From assembly GCF_041584495.1 (NCBI RefSeq), contig NZ_JBFHDY010000007.1:1231-65230 (forward strand): a stretch of DNA of 64,000 bases, read 5' to 3'. This DNA is from Zhongshania sp. Lineage in GTDB: Bacteria > Pseudomonadota > Gammaproteobacteria > Pseudomonadales > Spongiibacteraceae. A program made the position numbers and the translations under genes. The notes beneath the pieces were generated by a model. It had not been told where the DNA came from and did not search any database. It saw only the letters and a list, made by a program, of their open reading frames with translations. Shown here one piece after another: positions 39,916 through 49,337 of the stretch (position 1 is the first letter of the stretch; every line of letters starts with the position of its first letter).

Positions 39916-40563
39916 TCAACGGCTAGCGGCGGGCATATTGAACTGAATGCCGATGGGTGGCGGTGTGTAGTGCCCGCTCGGGCGCTGCTCGTGGCTAATA
40001 CTGAGCAGTTTGAAGCCACCTTCCACATAGAGTACGCCGCGCTCAGCTTGGTCTTTAAAGCTGTTTTCGAGGGCGAGCAGTTTTTTGCCGCGATCATTTT
40101 TCATGGCACCGGCAAAGCGCCGAAAGAATTGGCGCAGGGCGTCGCTGGCCTCGATAACGGCAGGGCTGTCGGTGAGCACGGTGCGGTAACTGTTGGCGCC
40201 ATCGCTAGCAATATAAAGCCGCCCCTTGAAACCGGCGATATTGCTAAATTCCTTGGTGGCTTTGAGACTCACGGCGTGGGCGTCAGGAATACTGATGCGC
40301 TGATCCTGTTGCGCACTGGCTATGACATCGCCCATATCGTCGACGTTCATGACGATTTGTGCACCGCCTTGGCTAATGATTGCGGTCGCTTGATCGCCGT
40401 TAATAATCGAATAGGCCATTTGGCCGCGGTCAACGCGAATATGTTGATTGTCGCGGTAACTTAATACCACGGTTTCTGGCCCCATCGCGTAGCGGGCGAT
40501 AATATCGGCGGAACCAAAGTTAGCAGATGTCGCCAATAAAATACTTAGGATTACAGAACGCAT
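39916..40563 (-). CDS. Secreted hypothetical protein
   Basis: Signal peptide MRSVILSILLATSANFGSA; GGAG RBS; 215 aa; no recognised catalytic motif. Confidence 0.75.
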   Translation of the reverse strand: MRSVILSILLATSANFGSADIIARYAMGPETVVLSYRDNQHIRVDRGQMAYSIINGDQATAIISQGGAQIVMNVDDMGDVIASAQQDQRISIPDAHAVSLKATKEFSNIAGFKGRLYIASDGANSYRTVLTDSPAVIEASDALRQFFRRFAGAMKNDRGKKLLALENSFKDQAERGVLYVEGGFKLLSISHEQRPSGHYTPPPIGIQFNMPAASR

Positions 40564-40639
40564 AGATTCTCCTGGTCTAAACTCGCGGCAGCGGCACTAG
40601 AATGGCTATAATGAGGCGCTTACTCAGGGATACCGATCA

Positions 40640-41158
40640 GTGAAACAGTGTGTATTTTTAATCGATTCGTTTACCGAGCGCTTTGGACGCCTTTTGGCGT
40701 ATTTAATTCCCTTAATGATGTTAGGCACCGCCACCGTGGTTGTGATGCGCTATGGTTTTGGCCAGGGCATGACTGCTTTGCAGGAGTCGGTGAACTATTT
40801 GCACGGCACGGTATTCATGCTGGGCGCGGCCTACACCTTAAGACACGGCGGCCATGTTCGGGTAGATATTTTTTACCATCGTTATTCCGCGCGCGCCAAA
40901 GCGTGGATCGATAGCATAGGCTGCATTGTGTTTTTATTGCCCCTCTGCGGACTTATTTTAATCAGCAGCTGGGATTTTGCCGCTGATGCCTGGGCAATAC
41001 GTGAAACCTCGGTAGAACCGGGGGGGTTGCCCTTTGTTTACTTATTAAAATCCTTGTTGCCGCTCATGGGGATTAACTTAGCTTTGCAGGGCTTGGCTGA
41101 GTTACTGCGCAATGCACTGGTGCTAATCAATCAGGAGGCCCCTCGCCATGCTGATTGA
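40640..41158 (+). CDS. dctQ: TRAP transporter small permease (DctQ)
   Basis: VVMRYGF, LGAAYTLRHGGHVRVDIFY; four TM helices; overlaps the dctM start. Confidence 0.93.
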   Translation: MKQCVFLIDSFTERFGRLLAYLIPLMMLGTATVVVMRYGFGQGMTALQESVNYLHGTVFMLGAAYTLRHGGHVRVDIFYHRYSARAKAWIDSIGCIVFLLPLCGLILISSWDFAADAWAIRETSVEPGGLPFVYLLKSLLPLMGINLALQGLAELLRNALVLINQEAPRHAD

Positions 41159-42521
41159 GCTGCTACCCATTTTGATGTTTGTTGCGATTTGCCTCGTGCT
41201 GATGTTGGGCTATCCGGTGGCCTTTAGCTTGGCGGGCACCGCCATGATCTTTGCCGGTATCGGCATTGTGCTAGGCTATTTCGACGCCTCATTTTTATCG
41301 GCGCTGCCAAATCGCCTGTACGGTACCATTAGCAATGTCACCTTAATTGCGGTTCCCCTTTTTGTACTGATGGGGGTGTTATTAGAAAAAAGCCGCTTGG
41401 CGGAAGAGCTGCTCGACAATATGGCGGCCTTGTTTGGTCGCAAACGGGGTGGCTTAGGCTTTTCAGTGATACTGGTCGGAATGCTACTCGCCGCCAGTAC
41501 CGGTATTGTTGGGGCCACGGTTGTCACTATGGGCTTAATGTCACTGCCGACTATGCTCAATCGAGGCTACGACCCCAAGCTCGCGACAGGCACTATTTGC
41601 GCTACCGGCACCCTAGGGCAAATTATACCGCCGTCCATCGCCTTGGTGTTGTTGGGCGACACCTTATCTAGCGCCTATCAACAGGCGCAATTAAACATGG
41701 GCGTGTTTAGCCCAAAAACCTTGTCTGTTGGTGATTTGTTTATTGGCGCCTTGGTGCCCGGCGTATTACTGGTGTGTTTGTACCTGCTGTATATGGGATT
41801 TGTTGCCATCCGTCAGCCAGAGCGGGCGCCCGCCGCTGAAGATTTGAATCCCCCGCCGTTAAGTGCATTGTTAAAGGGGCTGCTGCCACCGATCGGCCTT
41901 ATTGTGACCGTCTTGGGTTCAATATTGGTCGGCGCAGCAACACCAACCGAAGCGGCTGGGGTGGGTGCATTGGGCGCAGCGCTGATGGCTGTGGTTAAAG
42001 GTCAGTTAAGCTGGGCACGGCTGGGTGAAGTGGCGCGGGAAACCTTAAAAGTCACCTGCATGGTGTTTATGATTTTAATCGGCGCAGCCGTGTTTTCATT
42101 GGTGTTTCGCGGTTTTGGCGGCGACGAACTCATCCAACATTTTTTCGATGGTTTACCCGGTGGCGTGGTTACTGCGACGCTGATCGTGATGGTGGTGATA
42201 TTTTTACTGGGCTTTATTCTCGATTTTATCGAAATTACCTTTGTTGTTGTGCCAATCGTGGGCCCGATCCTGCTGGCTATGGGCGTTGATCCTATTTGGC
42301 TTGGCATTATGATTGCGCTGAATTTGCAAACCTCATTCTTAACACCGCCTTTTGGTTTTTCGCTATTTTATCTGCGCGGAGTGGCGCCGCTGTCGGTGTC
42401 AACCTCAGATATTTATCGCGGGGTGGCACCGTATATTGGGTTGCAATTACTAATGTTATTTTTATTGGCTTGGTGGCCGAGCTTGGCTACCTGGTTACCG
42501 GCCTTAGTCCGTGGGCAATAA
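41148..42521 (+). CDS. dctM: TRAP transporter large permease (DctM)
   Basis: GYPVAFSLAG, AASTGIVGATV, GTLGQIIPPSI and NLQTSFLTPPFGFSLFYLRG. Confidence 0.95.
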   Translation: MLIELLPILMFVAICLVLMLGYPVAFSLAGTAMIFAGIGIVLGYFDASFLSALPNRLYGTISNVTLIAVPLFVLMGVLLEKSRLAEELLDNMAALFGRKRGGLGFSVILVGMLLAASTGIVGATVVTMGLMSLPTMLNRGYDPKLATGTICATGTLGQIIPPSIALVLLGDTLSSAYQQAQLNMGVFSPKTLSVGDLFIGALVPGVLLVCLYLLYMGFVAIRQPERAPAAEDLNPPPLSALLKGLLPPIGLIVTVLGSILVGAATPTEAAGVGALGAALMAVVKGQLSWARLGEVARETLKVTCMVFMILIGAAVFSLVFRGFGGDELIQHFFDGLPGGVVTATLIVMVVIFLLGFILDFIEITFVVVPIVGPILLAMGVDPIWLGIMIALNLQTSFLTPPFGFSLFYLRGVAPLSVSTSDIYRGVAPYIGLQLLMLFLLAWWPSLATWLPALVRGQ

Positions 42522-42638
42522 GGGCTTAGTCTGCTATACCCGCGGCTTTAATAATGCTATACACATCATTGACAATGTCCAATAGTGCACGTTAACTATG
42601 CGGCATTTAATTTTACCCTAATTTAGAGAGGCAATTTT

Positions 42639-43028
42639 ATGCGTGACATCGACGACACGCCCAAGCCTGCCGGTGAACTCGCCCTGCTGACCATCGCCAT
42701 GCCTGCAGATACGAATGCCAGCGGTGATATTTTTGGTGGTTGGCTAATGTCACAAATGGATCTTGCCGGTAGTCAAACCGCCGCGCGTCGCGCGGGCGGT
42801 CGGGTGGCTACGGTGGCAGTAGACTCCATGGCATTTATGACGCCAGTCAATGTTGGTGCAGCGGTAAGTTGCTATACCGATATCGTGGATGTGGGGCGTA
42901 GCTCTATTCGGGTTCGGGTTGAAGTTTGGGTAACCAATAAGCACCAGTACGAGCCCGCTAAAGTGACTGAAGGTGAATTTGTGTTTGTGGCAATTGATGG
43001 TAACGGCCGCACTCGGGTTGTTGATTAA
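42639..43028 (+). CDS. yciA: Acyl-CoA thioesterase (hotdog fold, YciA-like)
   Basis: AMPADTNASGDIFGGWLMSQMDLAG, VGRSSI and FVFVAID. Confidence 0.9.
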   Translation: MRDIDDTPKPAGELALLTIAMPADTNASGDIFGGWLMSQMDLAGSQTAARRAGGRVATVAVDSMAFMTPVNVGAAVSCYTDIVDVGRSSIRVRVEVWVTNKHQYEPAKVTEGEFVFVAIDGNGRTRVVD

Positions 43029-43106
43029 AGCTGAATTATTTAAAGCAACACCACAAAACTATCTCGGCCGATAAGCTTACGACAATACGGGAGAATAATA
43101 TTGTCG

Positions 43107-43696
43107 ATGCGCCATAAGGCCTGTTTGATCACCGGTGTCAGCAGTGGCATTGGTCAAGAAACTGCGCCGGCTTTAGGCTTTAGCCGCACAGAGCGCTGAA
43201 TTGTTACTGTTGTGCCGCAATGCGCAACAGGGCGAGGCGGTAGAAGAAGCGTTTGCAGTAAATCATTTAGCCTATTTTGCTTACCAATTTATTGCTTGAA
43301 CGTATTAAAGACAGTGCACCGGCACGTATAGCAAGCGTGGCATCGGAGGCACATGCCTTTGTGAAAGGCGTGCCATTTAATGATATTGCATATGAAACGA
43401 CGCCCTACAAAATAATATTTAAAGTGTATGGCCAATTAAAACGATACAATATTCTTTGGACTCGCTCACTTTCCCCAAAATTAGCGGGCACTGGTGTTAC
43501 GGTGAATTGCGCACATCGCGGAGCGGTGGCCACCTACCTCGGTCATTAGGACAACGCGCTGCTTGGCAGGAGTTTGGGGGGTATTACTAAATTGTTTTTT
43601 AAAACCCCAGCCCGCGATATTTGTGGCGACTTTACCAAGCTTAGGCAATGTCGGTGGTGAATATTGTGCTAACTGCTAACTGCTAACTGCTAACTG
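43107..43696 (+). pseudogene. SDR oxidoreductase (retinol dehydrogenase-like), deleted and frameshifted
   Basis: MPHKACLITGVSSGIGQETA / LLLLCRNAQQGEAV joined directly to EEAFAVNHLAYF / LLTNLLLERIKDSAPARI...VTVNCAH.GAVAT. The DL and NNAG region is missing; several frameshifts and stops. Confidence 0.85.
43667..43696 (+). repeat. Heptamer tandem repeat (TGCTAAC)x4
   Basis: tgctaac tgctaac tgctaac tgctaac tg at the 3' end of the SDR pseudogene. Confidence 0.95.
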
Positions 43697-43804
43697 GAAA
43701 AATTAAACGCTGGGCCAAGGCCGATGCTGCTGATGAGTGCCTGTGGAAGATTAGCGAAGAATACTAAAAAGCTGCCTAATCGCAGGTTTGCAACTGCGCG
43801 GCGA

Positions 43805-44938
43805 TTAAAGATCCCGCGCATTAATATACGCTTGCTCTGAGATGTGGTGATACTCTTTGGCGTCTTCCATAAACTGTTTCCAGCTATGGTAAACTCGGCC
43901 GGTGATGTCATCAGTTTTTGACAGCTCCAGCAAATACTCGTCCGAAACCCGATGAAGTTCACGAATAACGTCGTCGGGTAATTTGCGCAGTTGCACCTTA
44001 TGTTTGCCGACTAATTCTTTTAGCGCGGCATTATTGCGCGCAGTGTATTCGTCGAGCATATCGGCATTGGCGTAGCGGGCGGCGGCTTCAACAATGGTTT
44101 GCAAATCCTTGGGCAGCGCGTCAAAGGCGTCTTTATTAATGATTAATTCTAGGGTTGAACCGGGCTCGTGCCAGCCGGGGTAGTAATAATATTTAGCCAC
44201 TTCGTGAAAACCAAAGGCCATATCGTTTGATGGTGCCACCCACTCGGTGGCGTCAATAACGCCAGTTTGCAGCGAAGTGTATAGCTCGCCGCCGGGAAGG
44301 GTTACTGCGCTGCCGCCGAGGCGATCCCATACTTCTCCTCCCGAGCCGGGAATGCGCATTTTTAGGCCTTTAACATCTCCAATAGAATTGATTTCTTTAT
44401 TAAACCAGCCCGCCATTTGCACGCCGGTATTACCTCCGGCCATGGGAATTATATTGAAAGGCGCATAGGCTTCGCGCCATAGCTCTATACCGCCGCCGTG
44501 ATACAGCCAGCCATTCATTTCTTGGGCTGTCATGCCAAAGGGCACCGCCGTAAAGAAAATTGAGGATGCGAGTTTACCCTTCCAGTAATAGGCGGCGCCG
44601 TGGCCAGCTTGCGCGCTGCCCGCAGATACTGCGTCAAACACGCCCATGGCGGGCACTAGCTCTCCGGCGCCATACACTTTGATGAGCAGGCGGCCCTGGC
44701 TCATGGCGTTGACGATGGTGGCGAATTTTTCCGGTGCAGTGCCTAAACCGGGAAAATTCTTAGGCCAGGTGGTAACCAGCTTCCAGTGAAATACTTGTTG
44801 GCCGCTGCTGCTTTTTTGTTGCTCGCTGCGGCTGTGGTCGCGACTGCGCTCGCCAACATAAAGCCAGCTCATGCCGACCAGTGCGGCGAGCAAAAGGAGA
44901 ATAATGAGCGGCGTATAATTATTTTTACTGGGCGTCAT
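43805..44938 (-). CDS. dctP: TRAP transporter substrate-binding protein (DctP/TakP-like)
   Basis: WKLVTTWPKNFPGLG, HGAAYYWKGK, GNTGVQMAGWFNKEI, GLKMRIPG and YYYPGWHEPG. Confidence 0.93.
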   Translation of the reverse strand: MTPSKNNYTPLIILLLLAALVGMSWLYVGERSRDHSRSEQQKSSSGQQVFHWKLVTTWPKNFPGLGTAPEKFATIVNAMSQGRLLIKVYGAGELVPAMGVFDAVSAGSAQAGHGAAYYWKGKLASSIFFTAVPFGMTAQEMNGWLYHGGGIELWREAYAPFNIIPMAGGNTGVQMAGWFNKEINSIGDVKGLKMRIPGSGGEVWDRLGGSAVTLPGGELYTSLQTGVIDATEWVAPSNDMAFGFHEVAKYYYYPGWHEPGSTLELIINKDAFDALPKDLQTIVEAAARYANADMLDEYTARNNAALKELVGKHKVQLRKLPDDVIRELHRVSDEYLLELSKTDDITGRVYHSWKQFMEDAKEYHHISEQAYINARDL

Positions 44939-44962
44939 GGTCTTTCCTATTCAAAATCGGTC

Positions 44963-47137
44963 TTACAAAATTTGAAGATTGGCGTATTGCAGTACCAGCC
45001 ATTTACTGCCTTCGTCTTCGAAATTCACTTGCACGCGGGCGCTAGCGCCCTGGCCTTCAAAACTGAGTACTACGCCTGCGCCAAAAATGCTGTGTAAAAC
45101 GTGTTGACCCAAGGCGATGCCCATTGCCGCTGCCGAGGCTTGTTGCGCCGTGGTTGCGCCGCTTTGCGCGTAACTGCTTGGCCGGCTAACGGTATTGTTA
45201 AGTCGCACTTCGTCAATTAGCTCATTGGGTATTTCGCGAATAAAGCGCGACAAGCTATTACAGCTTTCTTGGCCGTGCAGGCGACGAGACTCGGCGTAGC
45301 TTAAGAACAGCTTTTGCTCGGCGCGGGTTATACCGACATAGGCGAGGCGACGTTCTTCTTCCAAACGCTCGGGATCTTCCATCGACATTTTGTGGGGGAA
45401 GAGGTTCTCTTCCACGCCGACAATAAACACCGCCGGAAATTCCAAACCCTTGGCCGAGTGCAAGGTCATTAACTGCACGCTGTCTTCGTGTTCGTCGGCC
45501 TGCTGTTCGCCGGCGTCCAGCGCGGCCCGGTCGAGAAAGGCGCGCAGGGGTTCGATGTCTTCGTCTTCCGGTTCAAAGGCGGCGGCGGCCGTAATCAGCT
45601 CGTGTAAGTTTTCGACCCGCGCTTGACCCTTTTCGCCTTTTTCTTTTTCGTGAAAGGCCAGTAGCCCCGAACGATCAATGGCGATGTTGATCTGCTCATC
45701 GAGGGGTTTATCCTGACACTGCTCGGCTAAATCCTCAATCAGTGCTAAAAATCCGCGCAGGGCGTTACCAGCACGAGCGGGGAGCAGGCCATTTTCGATG
45801 ATGGCCAGTGCTGCACGCCACAGCGAGGTTTGATGCTCGCGGGCGTATTCGCGCAGAATTTCTACTGTGCGGGTGCCAATGCCACGGGTGGGAGTATTGA
45901 TCACCCGCTCAATGGCGGTGTCGTCGTCGCGCAGTTCAACAATGCGCATATAGGCCAGCGCGTTTTTAATTTCTAGGCGGTCGTAAAAGCGCTGACCGCC
46001 GTAGATGCGGTAGGGCAGACCGGCGCGAATCAGATATTCTTCCAGTATTCGCGACTGCGCATTGCTGCGGTATAGCACGCCAATATCGCTGCGGCGGTAA
46101 TCGTCGCGGACCAGCTCGGCAATGCGGTCGGTGAGGAAGCGCGCTTCATCTTGTTCGTTAAAGGCGGCAAACAGCGAAATTTTGTCGCCGTCGCTGTCTT
46201 CGGTCCACAGTTCTTTACCGAGGCGCTGGCTGTTATTGGCGATCAGCGCATTGGCGGCTTTGAGGATGGTGGCGGTGGAGCGATAGTTTTGTTCAAGGCG
46301 CACCACGTGGGTGTTTTCAATGTCTTTAGAAAACTGCTGAATATTCTCAATGCGGGCGCCGCGCCAGCCGTAAATCGATTGATCGTCATCGCCCACCGCG
46401 GTCATGGCCATACCTTTGCTGGCGAGTAGGCGCAGCCAAGCGTATTGCACGGCGTTGGTGTCTTGAAACTCGTCAACCAAAACGTGCTTAAAGCGCTGTT
46501 GGTAATGGTCGAGAATGGCCGGATTGTCGCGCCACAGTTCGAGGGCTCGCAATAATAGCTCGGCGAAGTCGATCACCCCTTGCTGGCGGCAGATCTCTTC
46601 GTAGCGGCGATAAACCTTGAGCATGGTTGTTAGGTAGATATCGCCGCCAAAATCGTCGATGTGGGCGGCGCGGCGACCTTCATCTTTGTGACCATTGATA
46701 AAATACTGCGACTGCCTGGGCGGCCAGCGGCTATCGTCGAGCGCTAGCTCGCGATGGATACGCTTGAGCTGGCGGAGTTGGTCGTCGCTGTCCAAAATCT
46801 GGAAATTATTGGGGAGTCCTGCTTCATGGGCGTGGGCCTTGAGCAGGCGATGAGCCAAGCCGTGAAAGGTGCCCACCCACATCCCGTGGTTTAAGCTGCT
46901 ACCCAGCAGGCTTTCGATGCGGCCGCGCATCTCTTTGGCGGCCTTATTGGTAAAGGTTACCGCCATAATACTGTGGGTCGACAGTCCCTCTACCTTGATC
47001 TTCCAGGCAATACGGTGCACTAGTACGCGGGTTTTACCGCTGCCAGCACCGGCAAGTACTAAAGTGCCAGGGCTGTCGGCGGTTACCGCGGCACGCTGCG
47101 CGTCATTGAGTTCGTCAAGAATATAAGATACGTCCAT
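44963..47137 (-). CDS. uvrD: DNA helicase II
   Basis: LAGAGSGKTRVL, VTFTNKAA, LVDEFQDTN, VGDDDQSIYGWRGA, LEQNYRST, TLHSAKGLEF and EERRLAYVGITRA. Confidence 0.98.
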   Translation of the reverse strand: MDVSYILDELNDAQRAAVTADSPGTLVLAGAGSGKTRVLVHRIAWKIKVEGLSTHSIMAVTFTNKAAKEMRGRIESLLGSSLNHGMWVGTFHGLAHRLLKAHAHEAGLPNNFQILDSDDQLRQLKRIHRELALDDSRWPPRQSQYFINGHKDEGRRAAHIDDFGGDIYLTTMLKVYRRYEEICRQQGVIDFAELLLRALELWRDNPAILDHYQQRFKHVLVDEFQDTNAVQYAWLRLLASKGMAMTAVGDDDQSIYGWRGARIENIQQFSKDIENTHVVRLEQNYRSTATILKAANALIANNSQRLGKELWTEDSDGDKISLFAAFNEQDEARFLTDRIAELVRDDYRRSDIGVLYRSNAQSRILEEYLIRAGLPYRIYGGQRFYDRLEIKNALAYMRIVELRDDDTAIERVINTPTRGIGTRTVEILREYAREHQTSLWRAALAIIENGLLPARAGNALRGFLALIEDLAEQCQDKPLDEQINIAIDRSGLLAFHEKEKGEKGQARVENLHELITAAAAFEPEDEDIEPLRAFLDRAALDAGEQQADEHEDSVQLMTLHSAKGLEFPAVFIVGVEENLFPHKMSMEDPERLEEERRLAYVGITRAEQKLFLSYAESRRLHGQESCNSLSRFIREIPNELIDEVRLNNTVSRPSSYAQSGATTAQQASAAAMGIALGQHVLHSIFGAGVVLSFEGQGASARVQVNFEDEGSKWLVLQYANLQIL

Positions 47138-47332
47138 GGCGCCGTATTCTACTGGGATTATCCGCCGCTGGCACCGCTAAAATGGTGATTAGCGTGAGTG
47201 AGCGCCAATATTCGCGATGGGCTCTACCGTGATAGCTGAAAATAAACAAGGCTGAGAGGGTAGCGCACGCTTTATTGCCAAGGTTAAGCGCTAGAGTAAG
47301 CTATTGAAAGGATACCCGAACTGAGCAATGCA

Positions 47333-47380
47333 GAAAGCCCTCGGCATCATGCTCGGATGGGCCGGATACCGAGGGCTTTC
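47333..47380. repeat. 16-bp inverted repeat (one G-U pair on the minus strand); possible terminator or stabilising hairpin
   Basis: GAAAGCCCTCGGCATC-N16-GATACCGAGGGCTTTC, 110 bp downstream of the lipoprotein gene and upstream of uvrD. Confidence 0.7.
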
Positions 47381-47491
47381 ATGGACCAGTGTATTGTAAT
47401 GCGCTTTGTTGCGTCCGCATTTTGCGTTTCATCGTTGCCAACAGCAGCTTCAATACCACAGCTCCAGTCACTTCAAAGTGACGCGGTGTCG

Positions 47492-49117
47492 TTACTTTTG
47501 TAGCTCATTGCTTGTAATAGGCGTAAAACTAGCTTCCACGAGGACATCGGCGAAATCTTCTTGACCGGCCGGGCTCTGGCTACTGATTAACACACTATTT
47601 TCTGCACCTTTTACCGGGACGAAGTTGAGGAACCAAGTGTCATCGAATTCGTCTGTTTCAATGTAAGACAAGGTGCCCGCTGAGTTCACCTCCCAAACAA
47701 GCGTGGTAACGTCATCTTCTTCAAAGGTCACGGTGCCGGTGCCATCCGCCTCAAGTTGAATACTGAAACTTTCAACAAAGCCCACTTTGTCGTGATAAGA
47801 CGGCGAGGTAGAAGTGACCTGCCAATTGCCAACTAAGGCGGTTGCATCAAAACCGACGTCACGATTCACGAGAATATCGACTAAATCGTCACCCTCGCCA
47901 ACGAGGGTGGTGGCAAACTGCCCTACTCGCGCAAAAAACATCTGTTCGCCCTCGTCCACGAACTTTAAGTCGCCCCATCGCTCGGCCGTTAAGCCACTGA
48001 TGTTGTAACTCAGCTCATCTTTATTGTATAAACCGCCGTCACCGTCGCTATCTACACTGGCAGTGAAGGTATAGCTGCCCCCATCCACCGTAAACGTACC
48101 AAACTCACCCGATAAAGCCTGTGGAGGGAGGTCCTCGTAGCTTTCGAGGTTATTGGTGTGCGCGAGAACGTACTCGGAGTTAGACAGGAAGGTGAGGATA
48201 TTGAGGTTATCTGCGTCGGGCTCATAGAGTTGCCACGCGCCCTGTATTTCATTGTTCAGATTTTTTACGCGGCTAAACGCGACTGTGCCGCTTTCGGTGT
48301 CGGTAAAACTGAGTGTCAGGGTGTCGCCGGTGACGCTGGCCGTTGATACTGAGCTTCCTTCATCGTAAAGGCCGCCAGAATTATCAGATTGGGCGATTAG
48401 CGAGGTGCTGAACGCACCATCCTCCACGTTCCAGCTGTAGTTGCCAAATTCAACTGAACCGGCAGTTTGATCACCGTCATCGCTGTGTTCATGAATAATG
48501 ATATAGCGTGATTCGTCAATAAAGGTCAGTACATTGCGTTTGCCGTCCCCTTCACTGTATAGCCAGCTGCCGAGAATTTGCGATTGCTGCGCGCGTTGAA
48601 AATGCGCTTCAGCCTGGGCTTCGCTGACAAGCTGAATACCGTCTTTGATGGTATCCAGTATCGTTTGGGCTTCGCTGTCGAAGTCGGCGCTTTCTAAATC
48701 TAAGGTGCTGCCTTTAAAGGCGTTTTCTGCTTCCGCTGAGATTTCAATGCCATTGTCGGGGTTACCATCGCTGTCTAGCGATTGCAGTAGCTGCAAGATA
48801 TTGGTGCGAACCTCGCTGTTATCTTGGGCGAGGTCGGTTGGGGTGATTTGTTCATTAGCACTGATGCTGGGGAACTGTAAGTCGCCAATAGAGAAGACAA
48901 TTGACTCACCCTCGCGGTAGTTGAATTCGCCGAGGGCATTGGTCAGCCCTTCCAAGCTATCGGTTTGGTATTTAACACCGTACACCGGGCTATCGGTAAA
49001 AATGCCTTGCAAGTTATCATCGGCTGCGGGCGAGCCGCCGCCACCGCTAGAGCCACTTCCACCGCCGCAGGCACTGATAAGAAATATACAGTTCAAACCA
49101 AGCAATTTTAACTTCAT
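47492..49117 (-). CDS. Large acidic lipoprotein with internal beta-rich repeats (hypothetical)
   Basis: Lipobox LISAC followed by a GGGSGSSGGGG linker; N-domain GIFTDSPV...TNALGEFNY...DSDGNPDNGI; repeated xGxW...LTF...EFG...DxxGGLY modules. Confidence 0.85.
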   Translation of the reverse strand: MKLKLLGLNCIFLISACGGGSGSSGGGGSPAADDNLQGIFTDSPVYGVKYQTDSLEGLTNALGEFNYREGESIVFSIGDLQFPSISANEQITPTDLAQDNSEVRTNILQLLQSLDSDGNPDNGIEISAEAENAFKGSTLDLESADFDSEAQTILDTIKDGIQLVSEAQAEAHFQRAQQSQILGSWLYSEGDGKRNVLTFIDESRYIIIHEHSDDGDQTAGSVEFGNYSWNVEDGAFSTSLIAQSDNSGGLYDEGSSVSTASVTGDTLTLSFTDTESGTVAFSRVKNLNNEIQGAWQLYEPDADNLNILTFLSNSEYVLAHTNNLESYEDLPPQALSGEFGTFTVDGGSYTFTASVDSDGDGGLYNKDELSYNISGLTAERWGDLKFVDEGEQMFFARVGQFATTLVGEGDDLVDILVNRDVGFDATALVGNWQVTSTSPSYHDKVGFVESFSIQLEADGTGTVTFEEDDVTTLVWEVNSAGTLSYIETDEFDDTWFLNFVPVKGAENSVLISSQSPAGQEDFADVLVEASFTPITSNELQK

Positions 49118-49337
49118 TGTCGCTACTCCAATAGCCGCACTATTTTTTAATAAGATCAAACCCTAAATACACACTTTGTGCAGAGCCTCCCCTAGAGTAA
49201 GGCTAGGGCTTATTGCGCGGGGTGACCTCCCCAATATTGGGGGGACGCGCCGTTTAGTGGCGAGTAGGCGCCAATACTTCTAGGCTGAGTTACAATAAAG
49301 GGCCTAAATCACTAAAACTGAGCTGTCGGAGTTAAAT

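Noticed and set aside
40592-40612. CGGCAC-N5-TGGC sigma54-like box upstream of dctQ
   Set aside because: Spacing is correct but both halves deviate from consensus, it overlaps a perfect TATAAT, and no activator or upstream site is nearby; ambiguous.
47150-47169. LexA (SOS) box upstream of uvrD
   Set aside because: CTG-N10-CCG misses the invariant CAG and has a GC-rich core.
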